A stretch of DNA of 64,000 nt from an uncultured archaeon (GTDB taxonomy: Archaea; Thermoproteota; Bathyarchaeia; Bathyarchaeales; Bathycorpusculaceae): assembly GCA_963810275.1 (NCBI GenBank), contig CAWENF010000002.1:96001-160000 (forward strand), given 5' to 3'. Shown piece after piece: positions 42,447 to 51,351 of this stretch (its first letter is position 1; the number at the start of each line of letters is the position of its first letter). Below the pieces are notes generated by a model, which worked only from the letters and a program-made list of their open reading frames with translations, was not told where the DNA came from and did no database searches. The position numbers were made by a program, and so were the translations under genes.

Positions 42447-42698
42447 TTACTTTTCATGTTCGTTAAACCATTTTTTTGCTTTCTCCATTGTCCAACCTTT
42501 ATCAAGTGCAAATAAAAACGACTCAACCTCAGTTCCAACCTTACACTCACCGCCTTTGAAATGACCTTTTGGGCATCCAATTATAGCTTTGATACCTTCC
42601 TTTTCATCGATATCTATGGTCCTAAAACTGTCAGAATCGTATTTGCTTTTATCTCCATGACCACTACGAATATAATCATCTGTTTTCTCCCATGGCAT
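42447..42698 (-). CDS. Small hypothetical protein (MPWEKTDDYIRSGH...WTMEKAKKW)
   Basis: GGAGGT SD before ATG 42698; compact globular-looking ORF. Confidence 0.7.
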   Translation of the reverse strand: MPWEKTDDYIRSGHGDKSKYDSDSFRTIDIDEKEGIKAIIGCPKGHFKGGECKVGTEVESFLFALDKGWTMEKAKKWFNEHEK

Positions 42699-42827
42699 AT
42701 GGTTACCTCCAAAATCTCGAAAACAAAAAATCAAGTATAAATCTGCAAGCTTGTTATTAATAATTTATTGGATAAGCTATGTAACCACAATGCTTCGGTT
42801 TTTTGGCGACAAAACGCATAAATCTTT

Positions 42828-43256
42828 ATGGTTAATTCTATTATGTTAGAGGTTTTATTTTTGAAGAAAATTGGAGAAATAGTTCAAGAAGCAGATTGGA
42901 AAGTTGAAAAACACGTACCTGTCATTGAATGCGTAGACCAAGCAAAAGCTAATGAGCTTTTAGAAGTTAAAGTAACAATTGGAAAAGAAGTTGCACATCC
43001 AAACACAACTGAGCATCACATTAGCTGGATAAATTTGTTTTTCCTACCGGACGGCGAAAAGTTTCCTTACCAAATTGCACGCTGCGAGTTTATGGCACAT
43101 GGCGCTTCCGCGCAAGGACCAAACACTAGCACAGTATATACCAATCACTCGATGTCTTGCTGGATGAAAACTGGCAAACCTGGAACCCTAATAGCAGTCT
43201 CAATGTGCAATATACATGGTCTATGGCAATCATCAAAAGAAATCAAATTAATGTAG
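42828..43256 (+). CDS. sor: Superoxide reductase (neelaredoxin/class II SORL)
   Basis: EKHVP, HPNTTEHHISWI and CNIHGLW iron ligands; true start may be TTG 42861. Confidence 0.92.
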   Translation: MVNSIMLEVLFLKKIGEIVQEADWKVEKHVPVIECVDQAKANELLEVKVTIGKEVAHPNTTEHHISWINLFFLPDGEKFPYQIARCEFMAHGASAQGPNTSTVYTNHSMSCWMKTGKPGTLIAVSMCNIHGLWQSSKEIKLM

Positions 43257-43281
43257 AACACTAGTGTGCGCAAATTTGTTT

Positions 43282-43325
43282 GCCCCTGTAAAAACCAGCC
43301 AACAGGGGGCGCCTCAATTTTTATT
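43282..43325 (+). terminator. Hairpin + T-run after sor
   Basis: GCCCCTGT...ACAGGGGGC followed by TTTTT. Confidence 0.4.
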
Positions 43326-43506
43326 GTATGCGTTTTTCAAATATAAGAGACCGATTTGATTTTCCTTCAATTTCTCGCGTTATGTTCTGTAAAGAAAAAT
43401 ACGCTATCATATTGAAAAAGTAGCATTGCAAATGAACAATTAACTAGAAGCCATCTCAGCTCCCAATAGCTTTTTTTGAGAACAAAAAAAGAAAAGAGGG
43501 AAGTTT

Positions 43507-46089
43507 TTACTTCTTTCGTAAGAGCAGTAGGCCTACTATTGCTATTGCAATTATTATTGCGATTGTACTTGCTGCAAAGTAGAGTTCCATCGGAGTCGAT
43601 GTTGTTTGTTCTACTGGGGTTGTGGTTGGTACAGTTATTTCTCCTGCAGTGAAGTATGCTGTATCATAGGATGCATAGTAGGATTCTGAACCTGGGAATG
43701 TTGCAGTGACTTTATAGTCGCCTGTAATGTCAGGTGTCCAAGTCATGGCAAACTTTCCGTTTGCATCGCTGGTAACGTCTCCGATGTGTCGGTAGTTGCC
43801 GTTTGAGTCTAGTACGTCGATCGATATTGGAACTCCTGTGACGTTGTTGGGCATTGGTTGTTGCATATACACTGCTTCCATAAAGCCGCTCATGCTTGCA
43901 TCTGACACGCAGGGTAGTCCATTTGGGAAGTTTGCTGCAACTGCTTCCTGTTTTGAGCCGCTTGAAAGGTCGTAGATTGAGCCGCTTATGGTTATGGGTT
44001 CTGATGTTGTTACGCCTACGTCGGGTGTGTTTACAGTTAGCTGTGAGGCTCCTTTGCCCCATGCATAGATTTGGTTGTCATAGGCGTTGAGCGTTGTCAT
44101 GACTCCGTCTGAAATGGCAGGTGCGCTTGTGACATCAAATGCTTCGATTTGCCATACTAGCGAGCCATCGGTTGTGTTGATACATAGCTGGTGTGCGTTG
44201 TGGAATAATGGTGGGCTGTACATGTGTCCTTCGGGAACGTACAGTTTGCCGTCAGCTACAGTTCCTACGGTGAAAGTCCACAGAGAATTGTGGCCATAGG
44301 GTGATTCATAACCTGCTGGTGGTGTATGGTACTCCCAGAGGATTTCGCCAGTGGTTTGTTTGATTGCGTAGACGTCTCCGCCGTATGTCCAGACGTATGA
44401 TGTGCCGTTTGCGTATTGGTAGTTCTCGCCTAGTGAAGCGTATGGGCTAACATTTGGGAGTTCAATTGGGCCCCAGACTTTGTTGCCTGTGGTTAAGCTG
44501 TAGCCTGTGGCGGTTAATGCGCTGGAGTCGAGTTCTATCCAGACACCGTCGCCTGCCATGGCTGAGCTCATGAGAACTCTTGAGTTCACGACTTCGGTGC
44601 GGTTAACGGGTCCCCAAAGGAGGTGGCCGTCGGTTCTGCTGTATCCTGCTTGTATCATCCAGCCTGCTTGGAAGAATGAGCTGCCTGCGTTACTTGATTG
44701 TGTCACGACGATTGTGTCGTCAGCTATTACAGAGATTCCAAGGCTTATCGGTTCGCCGTCGATGGTGGAGTTGATGGGTGCTGACCATTGTACGCCGTTA
44801 CTGAAGTCTATGACGGATCCTTCCGCTGGCCTCCACATCCAGTTGTCTGCTGGTGCAGAGCCTCCGCCATAGTAAAAGCCTCCTTGACCAACGTTGATGC
44901 ATCGAGTGGAGTTCCACATCGAAATAGAACGTGGACTACCTGCAGTTGCAAACGGACTTGAAGAGTTGACATAGTACCCTATTAAATTGCCTCTCTCGTC
45001 CGATGTTAGTTGCATGGATGTACCGTTTTCAATGGTTAAGATGTAGTCGCCAGTTAGGGCATCATACATTCTGTAGGTTGATTGCGCAGCCATGAATCCT
45101 CCGCCTGATGAGGGTACTGACCAGAGATATGCGAGACCACCGTATTGGTTGGGTGTAATCATGTTAAGTATCTGTCCGCATCTAAGTAGGTCTGTGGTGT
45201 TCTTGGTCCAGATGGTTTCTCCAGTTTTTAGGTTGACTGCAGTCCATCCTGTATAGTAGCTTGAGCTGCCTGGGTAGTTAGTGTAGTAGAGTATGCCGTT
45301 CATGATGATTGGGGCAAATTTGGGTTCGTACTGAGAGGTTGAGTAGTAGTTACCTGTTTCTTCGCCGCCGTATTCTCCGCCTATTGTGCCACCGAAAGCC
45401 TCAACTTTTGTCCATAGGATGTGGCCTGTGTTTGGTGCGGTTGTGTAGGGGTTGTAGTTTCCGTTTATGCTGCGCTCGCCGGTTGTTGCGAAGGTTGATG
45501 CTGCAAGTCCTAGCCAGTTTCCTGCGATCGTGTACCAGTTGGTGTTTTCAGCGTAGATTGGGCGTGTCCAATATTCAGTTGGAAGTGGATTTAAGGCTGC
45601 ATAACCTATTGGTTCCTGTTGGACTTCGAGTGTGAAGACTTTGCTTTCGCTTGGTTTGTAGTAGTCGCCTACATAGGGGCTTGTTGATACTCCGCCGCCG
45701 GGGTTGTTTAGGCCTTGTAGTGTTTCTCCCAGGAATATGCATTGGAAGGTGTAATTACCGATTGTATCTGGTGTGTATCTTATCACTGTGCCTCCTGTTG
45801 CGTCAGAGGTGAATGGTCCTAGGGTTTCCACGTGTCCGTCTGGATTAGTGACTGTTACTGTCAAATTTGTCCATCTGTCACCGTATTGGGCGCTAGCAGT
45901 TGGAGGTGGGCTGCCTAGCCAGAAGTTTACGTTGACCGTTTGGCCGACGCCGATTGGGTTAGGCGAGACTACTATGAAGGAGTAGGTGTCAAAGCTCCAT
46001 GGTGGATCATGTGCGCTAGCTATGGATGCTGAAAGTGATGTGGCAAGTAAAACGATTATAGCAATAGCTAAGATTTTGAATTTTTTCAC
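43507..46089 (-). CDS. Secreted, C-terminally anchored PQQ-like beta-propeller surface protein
   Basis: Signal peptide, PLPTEYWTRPI, TGxxxW blades, C-terminal TM + RKK; paralog of 24993-27526. Confidence 0.88.
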   Translation of the reverse strand: MKKFKILAIAIIVLLATSLSASIASAHDPPWSFDTYSFIVVSPNPIGVGQTVNVNFWLGSPPPTASAQYGDRWTNLTVTVTNPDGHVETLGPFTSDATGGTVIRYTPDTIGNYTFQCIFLGETLQGLNNPGGGVSTSPYVGDYYKPSESKVFTLEVQQEPIGYAALNPLPTEYWTRPIYAENTNWYTIAGNWLGLAASTFATTGERSINGNYNPYTTAPNTGHILWTKVEAFGGTIGGEYGGEETGNYYSTSQYEPKFAPIIMNGILYYTNYPGSSSYYTGWTAVNLKTGETIWTKNTTDLLRCGQILNMITPNQYGGLAYLWSVPSSGGGFMAAQSTYRMYDALTGDYILTIENGTSMQLTSDERGNLIGYYVNSSSPFATAGSPRSISMWNSTRCINVGQGGFYYGGGSAPADNWMWRPAEGSVIDFSNGVQWSAPINSTIDGEPISLGISVIADDTIVVTQSSNAGSSFFQAGWMIQAGYSRTDGHLLWGPVNRTEVVNSRVLMSSAMAGDGVWIELDSSALTATGYSLTTGNKVWGPIELPNVSPYASLGENYQYANGTSYVWTYGGDVYAIKQTTGEILWEYHTPPAGYESPYGHNSLWTFTVGTVADGKLYVPEGHMYSPPLFHNAHQLCINTTDGSLVWQIEAFDVTSAPAISDGVMTTLNAYDNQIYAWGKGASQLTVNTPDVGVTTSEPITISGSIYDLSSGSKQEAVAANFPNGLPCVSDASMSGFMEAVYMQQPMPNNVTGVPISIDVLDSNGNYRHIGDVTSDANGKFAMTWTPDITGDYKVTATFPGSESYYASYDTAYFTAGEITVPTTTPVEQTTSTPMELYFAASTIAIIIAIAIVGLLLLRKK

Positions 46090-46612
46090 AATTTTATTCT
46101 CCTTATTTTATTTGCTGAAAATTTAGCTTGCAATATTCAGCTACCGTCTAGGTGGCGGAAACTCAATATAACTGTTTCTAAAAATCCTTTATTTTTTTGC
46201 ATTGACATTAATAAATCTATCTTGAATTTTACGAAGTTTTTAACGGTATTTTTCACTAAAATTTTTCCGTCGCGCTTGCGCGTAACTTATATTTCATCAA
46301 GGCCCTCGCCAACCAGTGCAACAACGCCTTTACCTACCTATGATAATTCAGCAATCACTCACCAACAAAGGAACCGAGACCTATCAAATCAATTGCTATT
46401 CCCAACACCGACACGTCCATCATCTCCAATCGATACAACAGAACCAATCCAAACAGTCCATCCAACAAGCAGTCCCACCCAAACAAGCAAGCCTACGCCA
46501 CTACCAACAGCTTTCACGGCTCAATTTATGATCATAGCGATCATAATATTAGTGGTGTCTTTGCCTGCTATCGCAGTTTTGCTTACGAAAAGGCGAAATT
46601 GCCAACTAAAAG

Positions 46613-46819
46613 CTACACGACGCCAAATTCCGTGGGATCTATTCCTGCTTTTTTTGCCCATTCTAAATCTTCTGAGGCATTTTTAAGTTTTCTTTGTGCT
46701 CTCTTATGCATTCGGCATATAGTTGGCGGAATAATGTTTAGCTCACGACCTATTTGGTAGTCGCTCATATCTTGATTTGCAAACTCGAGAATTCGGCGTT
46801 CCATAGTAGTTAAAGCCAT
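46613..46819 (-). CDS. Small LuxR/sigma-region-4-like HTH regulator divergent from the virion operon
   Basis: LTTMERRILE...MSDYQIGRELNI.P.TI....KRAQRKL; GGAGG SD. Confidence 0.75.
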   Translation of the reverse strand: MALTTMERRILEFANQDMSDYQIGRELNIIPPTICRMHKRAQRKLKNASEDLEWAKKAGIDPTEFGVV

Positions 46820-46843
46820 GGCATCGTTTCCTCCCCCATATAA

Positions 46844-46873
46844 AGGTTATTATCACTTTTTGGCTAATAACCT
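46844..46873. promoter_or_regulatory. Inverted repeat (putative operator) between the HTH gene and the virion operon
   Basis: AGGTTATTA-N12-TAATAACCT, a perfect 9-bp IR abutting the minus-strand TATA (TTTATATG). Confidence 0.55.
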
Positions 46874-46910
46874 ATTTCCATATCGTAATACATAAGACTA
46901 TCGATGGAAT

Positions 46911-48026
46911 ATGTCAGAGAAAGAGACCCAAAACCACGAAACCCCCAGTAGCAGGGGACTGGAGCATCTCTTAACTGTTCTGCCCTTCAGTATTCTTGAA
47001 AAGATGGCCGACAAACCCCTAAAGATTCGGGGAATAGCCATGACAATAGGCATGAGTCGAAACCTCAACATTTACACTTCTGAGGAACTACAAGCTTTCA
47101 CAAACAAACTAGTTAACGCACCCGTCTATATTGAGCATGTTGCGGTTCCCAACGCTGTTGGCAAGGTCATCAAGACTGATTGGGATGGCCACAGCCTCTG
47201 GTATGAAGCTGAAATCTATGATGACCAGGTTGCTGAAAAGATCCGCAAAGGTCTAATTCAGCATGTCAGCGTCGGAGCGGACTACGAAGCCGTCGAAATT
47301 GTTGACGGCAAGGTTCCCCATGGCTTGCATAATGCCGAGTTAAGCCTTGTTGCCGTTCCCGGTATTCCCGAGACTAACGTGCAAGTTTTAGAAAAGCTAA
47401 TAGACGTCAAAGTTAAGGAAGCTCTCCGAAAGGCTGACGTTCAAGAATCAAGATGGCACATAGATTATGCTACCAACCTACCTGACGGTTGTTTTGCTGC
47501 TATTGAGTCTGGCGGGACTAAGGATGACCAAGACGAAACTACGCCACGCAACCTAAGACAATTAGAGTATAAGGATGCAGAGGACAATCTCGACCAGACA
47601 CACGATATAGATGCACTGCAGCAACTTGACCAAACTAAAATCTCGTCAGAACTAAAGGACCAGCCACTTGAAAAACTCTGCTCAACGGCAAAAGAATTAA
47701 AAATCGAAAGCGTCATTTGCGACCTGCAAGAAAAAAACGAGTGTCTACAGGCTAAGCTCTCAGAAGCCGAGAGCAAACTTGCGGATGCCACAAGTAAACT
47801 TTCTGATGCACAGAAAAACATTGAAGAGTTGCGAAAGCAAGTGCCCGATAGCGGTTTACTCAAAAATCCGCCAAAGATGATAGCGGTTTCTGAAGCCACA
47901 AGGATGGTTGAGGCTGTTTTGCCGTCTCCTATGGTTCAAAGAAGTTGGAGTTTAGGACCGCAAAGAATGTGTCAGGAACTTCACAGAGTAGTCAAACAGC
48001 TAGAGCAGAAAGCAGGAGGCGTCTAG
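46911..48026 (+). CDS. Prohead protease fused to a C-terminal scaffold-like coiled coil
   Basis: IRGIA, SRNLNIY, VYIEH, QHVSVG and ELSLVAVPG (HK97-type protease pattern); coiled coil near the C-terminus. Confidence 0.8.
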   Translation: MSEKETQNHETPSSRGLEHLLTVLPFSILEKMADKPLKIRGIAMTIGMSRNLNIYTSEELQAFTNKLVNAPVYIEHVAVPNAVGKVIKTDWDGHSLWYEAEIYDDQVAEKIRKGLIQHVSVGADYEAVEIVDGKVPHGLHNAELSLVAVPGIPETNVQVLEKLIDVKVKEALRKADVQESRWHIDYATNLPDGCFAAIESGGTKDDQDETTPRNLRQLEYKDAEDNLDQTHDIDALQQLDQTKISSELKDQPLEKLCSTAKELKIESVICDLQEKNECLQAKLSEAESKLADATSKLSDAQKNIEELRKQVPDSGLLKNPPKMIAVSEATRMVEAVLPSPMVQRSWSLGPQRMCQELHRVVKQLEQKAGGV

Positions 48027-48110
48027 CTGTGTTTTTGCTCACTTTTGTGGGGAAGAGTACCAAAGGACGAACTTTGGGAAATTCAAAACAAACATTCGAT
48101 TTGATTTTGA

Positions 48111-48539
48111 ATGGCCGATAAAACAGGTAAAACTTGGATGGCTGCCGGAGAAACCGACGACCCAAACGCTGCAATAGAATCCTTTGAAGCTGCAGTTGGC
48201 ATAACCAAAGGCTCACCCGTCTACCTAAGCGCTGATGATAAGATCTCGCCAAGCCCTGGCGGAGACGACGCCATAGGCATAGCGACCAAAACTGTATCAG
48301 TCGCTGAGATGTGTCCGGTGCTAAAACGGGGCAGAGTCAAAGTCATAGCTAATGGAGCCATAACACGTGGCAAAGCAGTCTGCGGGGCAGCAGACAACAA
48401 AGTAGCTCCATTAGTGGACCAAGCAGTAGACGAGGGGGGAGCCGCAACTTACACCGTATTCTACAGTCGCAAACTTGGAACTGCGCTTGAATCCGCTGTC
48501 AATGATGGCGACTTGATCTTCATTGATGTGCAGAAGTGA
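48111..48539 (+). CDS. Capsid decoration/cement protein (DUF2190-like)
   Basis: SFEAAVGITKGSPV, AIGIA, GRVKVIANGAITRG, LGTALESA..GDLI; directly upstream of the MCP. Confidence 0.75.
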   Translation: MADKTGKTWMAAGETDDPNAAIESFEAAVGITKGSPVYLSADDKISPSPGGDDAIGIATKTVSVAEMCPVLKRGRVKVIANGAITRGKAVCGAADNKVAPLVDQAVDEGGAATYTVFYSRKLGTALESAVNDGDLIFIDVQK

Positions 48540-49498
48540 TTGACATGAAACCGAAAATTTTTGAAGCCCTCATGTCAAAGCCCAACGATCAACGCGAAGT
48601 CTACGAGAAACTCAAACAGAGAGCTGATCATCCTTTTCTTGCGCGCTACTCTCAAATGGGTGTCAAAGAAGGCTTTTTCAGTGACATGGCAGGTGCTCTT
48701 GGCCTAATGCATGACACTTTGGTTGATGCTGCATGGCCAGAGTTGATAGGCAGAAACATAATCACCGTTATGCCGACAACTGATGCAATGGAACGTTTTC
48801 CACTTGATGCCGGAGCAGTTGGCTACCGCTATGCTGAAGGTGCCATAACTAGACTGAGCTCTAAAAAACCATCAACCGTTGACATTGCAACTAATCAGTT
48901 AGCAGAAGCCGCTGATGAGTGGACAAGAGAATATCTTGAAGATGCCACTTGGAACGTAATGAATCAAGCCGTCGACAATGTAGGCAGAGCCTTAGGCAAG
49001 AACGAAACCGAAGTAATACTTGCCTTATACGCTGCAGTCTTAGCTGCTGATTTGGCTACTGGTGCAGAGCTAGCTGGGGGCGGGGCTGTCGCTAGCTGGG
49101 CGTCTCTTTTGAGTTTACATGAAGCTGTCAGAAGAGAGAATTGGCGCCCAAACGTTCTTGCCGTCAATGAGATGCAACTTCATCAGCTGCTAAATGATGA
49201 CAGATTCGTGAAATCCGTCTATTTGCCAAGTAGTGAAACAGACATCGCTCAGGGAACTATTGGTAGCGTACTTGGTATGAAAGTGCAATCCAGCACGCTT
49301 GTGCCCAACGGAACCATGTATGCCATCGATACCCGGATAGCTGCAGTTATGCTTATGCGCAGAGACGTAACCGTCGAGGACTGGGAAGATGTCAAGACCG
49401 GCAAATATGGCGTCCGAGGAACCACAAGGTTTGGCGCTGGCATTCTTCGATCCAAAGCTATTGCCCGAATGACTAACATTAAGCAAACAATCACTTAG
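48536..49498 (+). CDS. Major capsid protein (HK97 fold)
   Basis: AEG, TREYLEDA, GRALGKNE, GSVLGMKVQSSTLVPNG, TRFGAGILRSKAIA. Confidence 0.88.
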   Translation: MIDMKPKIFEALMSKPNDQREVYEKLKQRADHPFLARYSQMGVKEGFFSDMAGALGLMHDTLVDAAWPELIGRNIITVMPTTDAMERFPLDAGAVGYRYAEGAITRLSSKKPSTVDIATNQLAEAADEWTREYLEDATWNVMNQAVDNVGRALGKNETEVILALYAAVLAADLATGAELAGGGAVASWASLLSLHEAVRRENWRPNVLAVNEMQLHQLLNDDRFVKSVYLPSSETDIAQGTIGSVLGMKVQSSTLVPNGTMYAIDTRIAAVMLMRRDVTVEDWEDVKTGKYGVRGTTRFGAGILRSKAIARMTNIKQTIT

Positions 49499-49514
49499 CC
49501 TGCCATGGACCAGC

Positions 49515-49532
49515 AATTTTTCCCCATTTTTT
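49515..49532 (+). terminator. Oligo-T attenuator/terminator after the MCP gene
   Basis: AATTTTTCCCCATTTTTT following the MCP stop. Confidence 0.4.
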
Positions 49533-49553
49533 GGACTATAAAACAACTCGAGG

Positions 49554-50798
49554 TTGACCTATATGAGTAGCATCTTGAAGAGAATTCATGAAGTTCTCGC
49601 CTATGCGCCTGCTTCGGGGGTGGCTTCGCCAAAGAACAGGGTGTTCTTTGACACCTCATGCATTCCACTCGCCGATGTCATGAAGCTTTACGATCGAGAC
49701 CCGACTTGCAAAAGTAGTGTGGACCTGCTGGCGGCTTCAACTGTTGGGATGGGTTTCTACACCACTATCGATGAGAAATACGATAAGGCTTCTGAGGCTA
49801 AGGCGGTTGTGGATAAGTTCTGTGAAGACGTCAACCTTGATAGGCTCCTAAATGATATGGCTAAGCCGCTAATTGCCTGTGGCAATGATTTCTGGCTCAA
49901 ACTCACGCCTGAACACCTAACCGATACCGTTCGCATACCCATTGACGCAACCCAACGCATTGGCTTAAGCACCGTTCCCACCCTAAAAATCCCTTACAAA
50001 GTTACAGGTTACCAGCTTTCAGGCACTTACGGAGGCAATGCTGCGAACGAACTCAAACCCGAAGCGGTTATCCATTGGCATTTTAACAGTGACGTTCCGT
50101 CAGGTTTTGGCGTCGGTTTGCTCCAAGTTCTCCTGCACACCTTAACAGTTGACAATGACAAACGACCGTCCTACGCTTGGATGAAAGCTAAGATAGAGAA
50201 AATTTTGCCTAACATATTCACCAAGTACGCTGGACCCGACGTTGTTGTGCAACTGGAAGGGCAGAAAGAGGACACTATCAAAAAGTACGAATCTGCAATT
50301 AAGAATCGCCCAGAAGAAGGCCAGTGGCTTTTCAGTGGCGCCAAATCAGTCGGTGTCTACCCAGTAACTATTGACCCTCGAGCACGCTTTGAGTACTATA
50401 TCGACCATATGGTCAACCAATTCTATCTTGGATGTGAAACGCCTCTGCCACGCCTGTTTAGCACTCCAGGCTTCACCGAAGCTAGCGCAAGGGCAGCCTT
50501 AGACCTCCAAGACATGCTCATCAAACCAGTCCAGCGCTACATCAAACGCCAAGTGGAAAAAGAAATCTTCGAAGTAACAGTGGATCAAGCTGGTTATGAC
50601 TCTACTAAGGCGAAGGTTAGGTTGAATTTTGGCAGCCCCGAAACCCCAGAGATCGTGCTTGCCGATCTAATCAAAGCCGCTGAAATAGGGCTGGTGAGAA
50701 CTGAGGAATTCCGAAAGAACGCGATTAAGTTTGGTTGGGAACTTTGGGATAGCCAACCGAAATCTGCGGTTCAGAGTAAGGAGGTAAATGAAAAATGA
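49554..50798 (+). CDS. Portal protein
   Basis: LYDRDPTCKSSVD..A..TVGMGF, LIACGNDFW, EAVIHW, GFGVGLL and IKPVQRYIKRQVE pattern; 414 aa. Confidence 0.75.
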   Translation: MTYMSSILKRIHEVLAYAPASGVASPKNRVFFDTSCIPLADVMKLYDRDPTCKSSVDLLAASTVGMGFYTTIDEKYDKASEAKAVVDKFCEDVNLDRLLNDMAKPLIACGNDFWLKLTPEHLTDTVRIPIDATQRIGLSTVPTLKIPYKVTGYQLSGTYGGNAANELKPEAVIHWHFNSDVPSGFGVGLLQVLLHTLTVDNDKRPSYAWMKAKIEKILPNIFTKYAGPDVVVQLEGQKEDTIKKYESAIKNRPEEGQWLFSGAKSVGVYPVTIDPRARFEYYIDHMVNQFYLGCETPLPRLFSTPGFTEASARAALDLQDMLIKPVQRYIKRQVEKEIFEVTVDQAGYDSTKAKVRLNFGSPETPEIVLADLIKAAEIGLVRTEEFRKNAIKFGWELWDSQPKSAVQSKEVNEK

Positions 50799-50995
50799 AG
50801 TTGTCAGACAAACAGCAGGCGCTTTTGATGTTTGCTGCTTTCGTTCTGCCACCATTGGCCACTTGGATGGGACTTGGCTTTCCAGTGGGAAACGTCGAAC
50901 TCGGCATCCTGGGCAGCTCAATGGTGGGCGGCGTGATTGCAGGCATAAAAGAACTGCTTGGCGGCAAACCGCAAGAAAGCGCAGGAGCTGTGTAA
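50795..50995 (+). CDS. Small two-TM protein (holin-like?)
   Basis: 66 aa, two hydrophobic helices, GGAGGT SD. Confidence 0.55.
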   Translation: MKLSDKQQALLMFAAFVLPPLATWMGLGFPVGNVELGILGSSMVGGVIAGIKELLGGKPQESAGAV

Positions 50996-50998
50996 AAG

Positions 50999-51349
50999 AT
51001 GGGTAGCGTATCAGCGGAGGACATCAGAGACGTTCTGAATATTAAGGATTCGGATATCTCTGACACTAAAGCTCTAAAGATGATTAAACGTGCGGAAGTC
51101 ACCTTAGAGCTTGAACTCTCCGCTGATATCGACTACCAAAATTGCACCGACGCCCAAAAAGAAGCCATAACGATCTTGGCAGCCATCTATTCCATTTGCT
51201 ACTTGACTGGCGGCTCAGCAATAGGGTTAAACTTCAGCGTCGGTGACCTAACGATCTCCAACTCAGCCTTCCCCAGCTTAACGGTTTTGCAGATGGAGTT
51301 CGAACGGATTCTTGCTAGCCTCAAAGAGCCTTACGTGGGAGGAGTATAG
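50999..51349 (+). CDS. Head-tail adaptor (gp6/gp15-like)
   Basis: VSAEDIRDVL...ISD...MIKRAE, helical body, FSVGDLTIS beta-hairpin. Confidence 0.7.
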   Translation: MGSVSAEDIRDVLNIKDSDISDTKALKMIKRAEVTLELELSADIDYQNCTDAQKEAITILAAIYSICYLTGGSAIGLNFSVGDLTISNSAFPSLTVLQMEFERILASLKEPYVGGV

Positions 51350-51351
51350 CC

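Noticed and set aside
46222-46686. Intact 154-aa CDS
   Set aside because: Implausible N-terminus and overlap with the HTH gene; treated only as a possible stalk+TM remnant
48027-48110. Hammerhead ribozyme in the three-stem spacer
   Set aside because: The conserved CUGANGA and GAAA core is absent
48536-49498. Encapsulin nanocompartment
   Set aside because: The HK97-fold gene is accompanied by protease, portal, neck and tail genes, so it is a virion capsid
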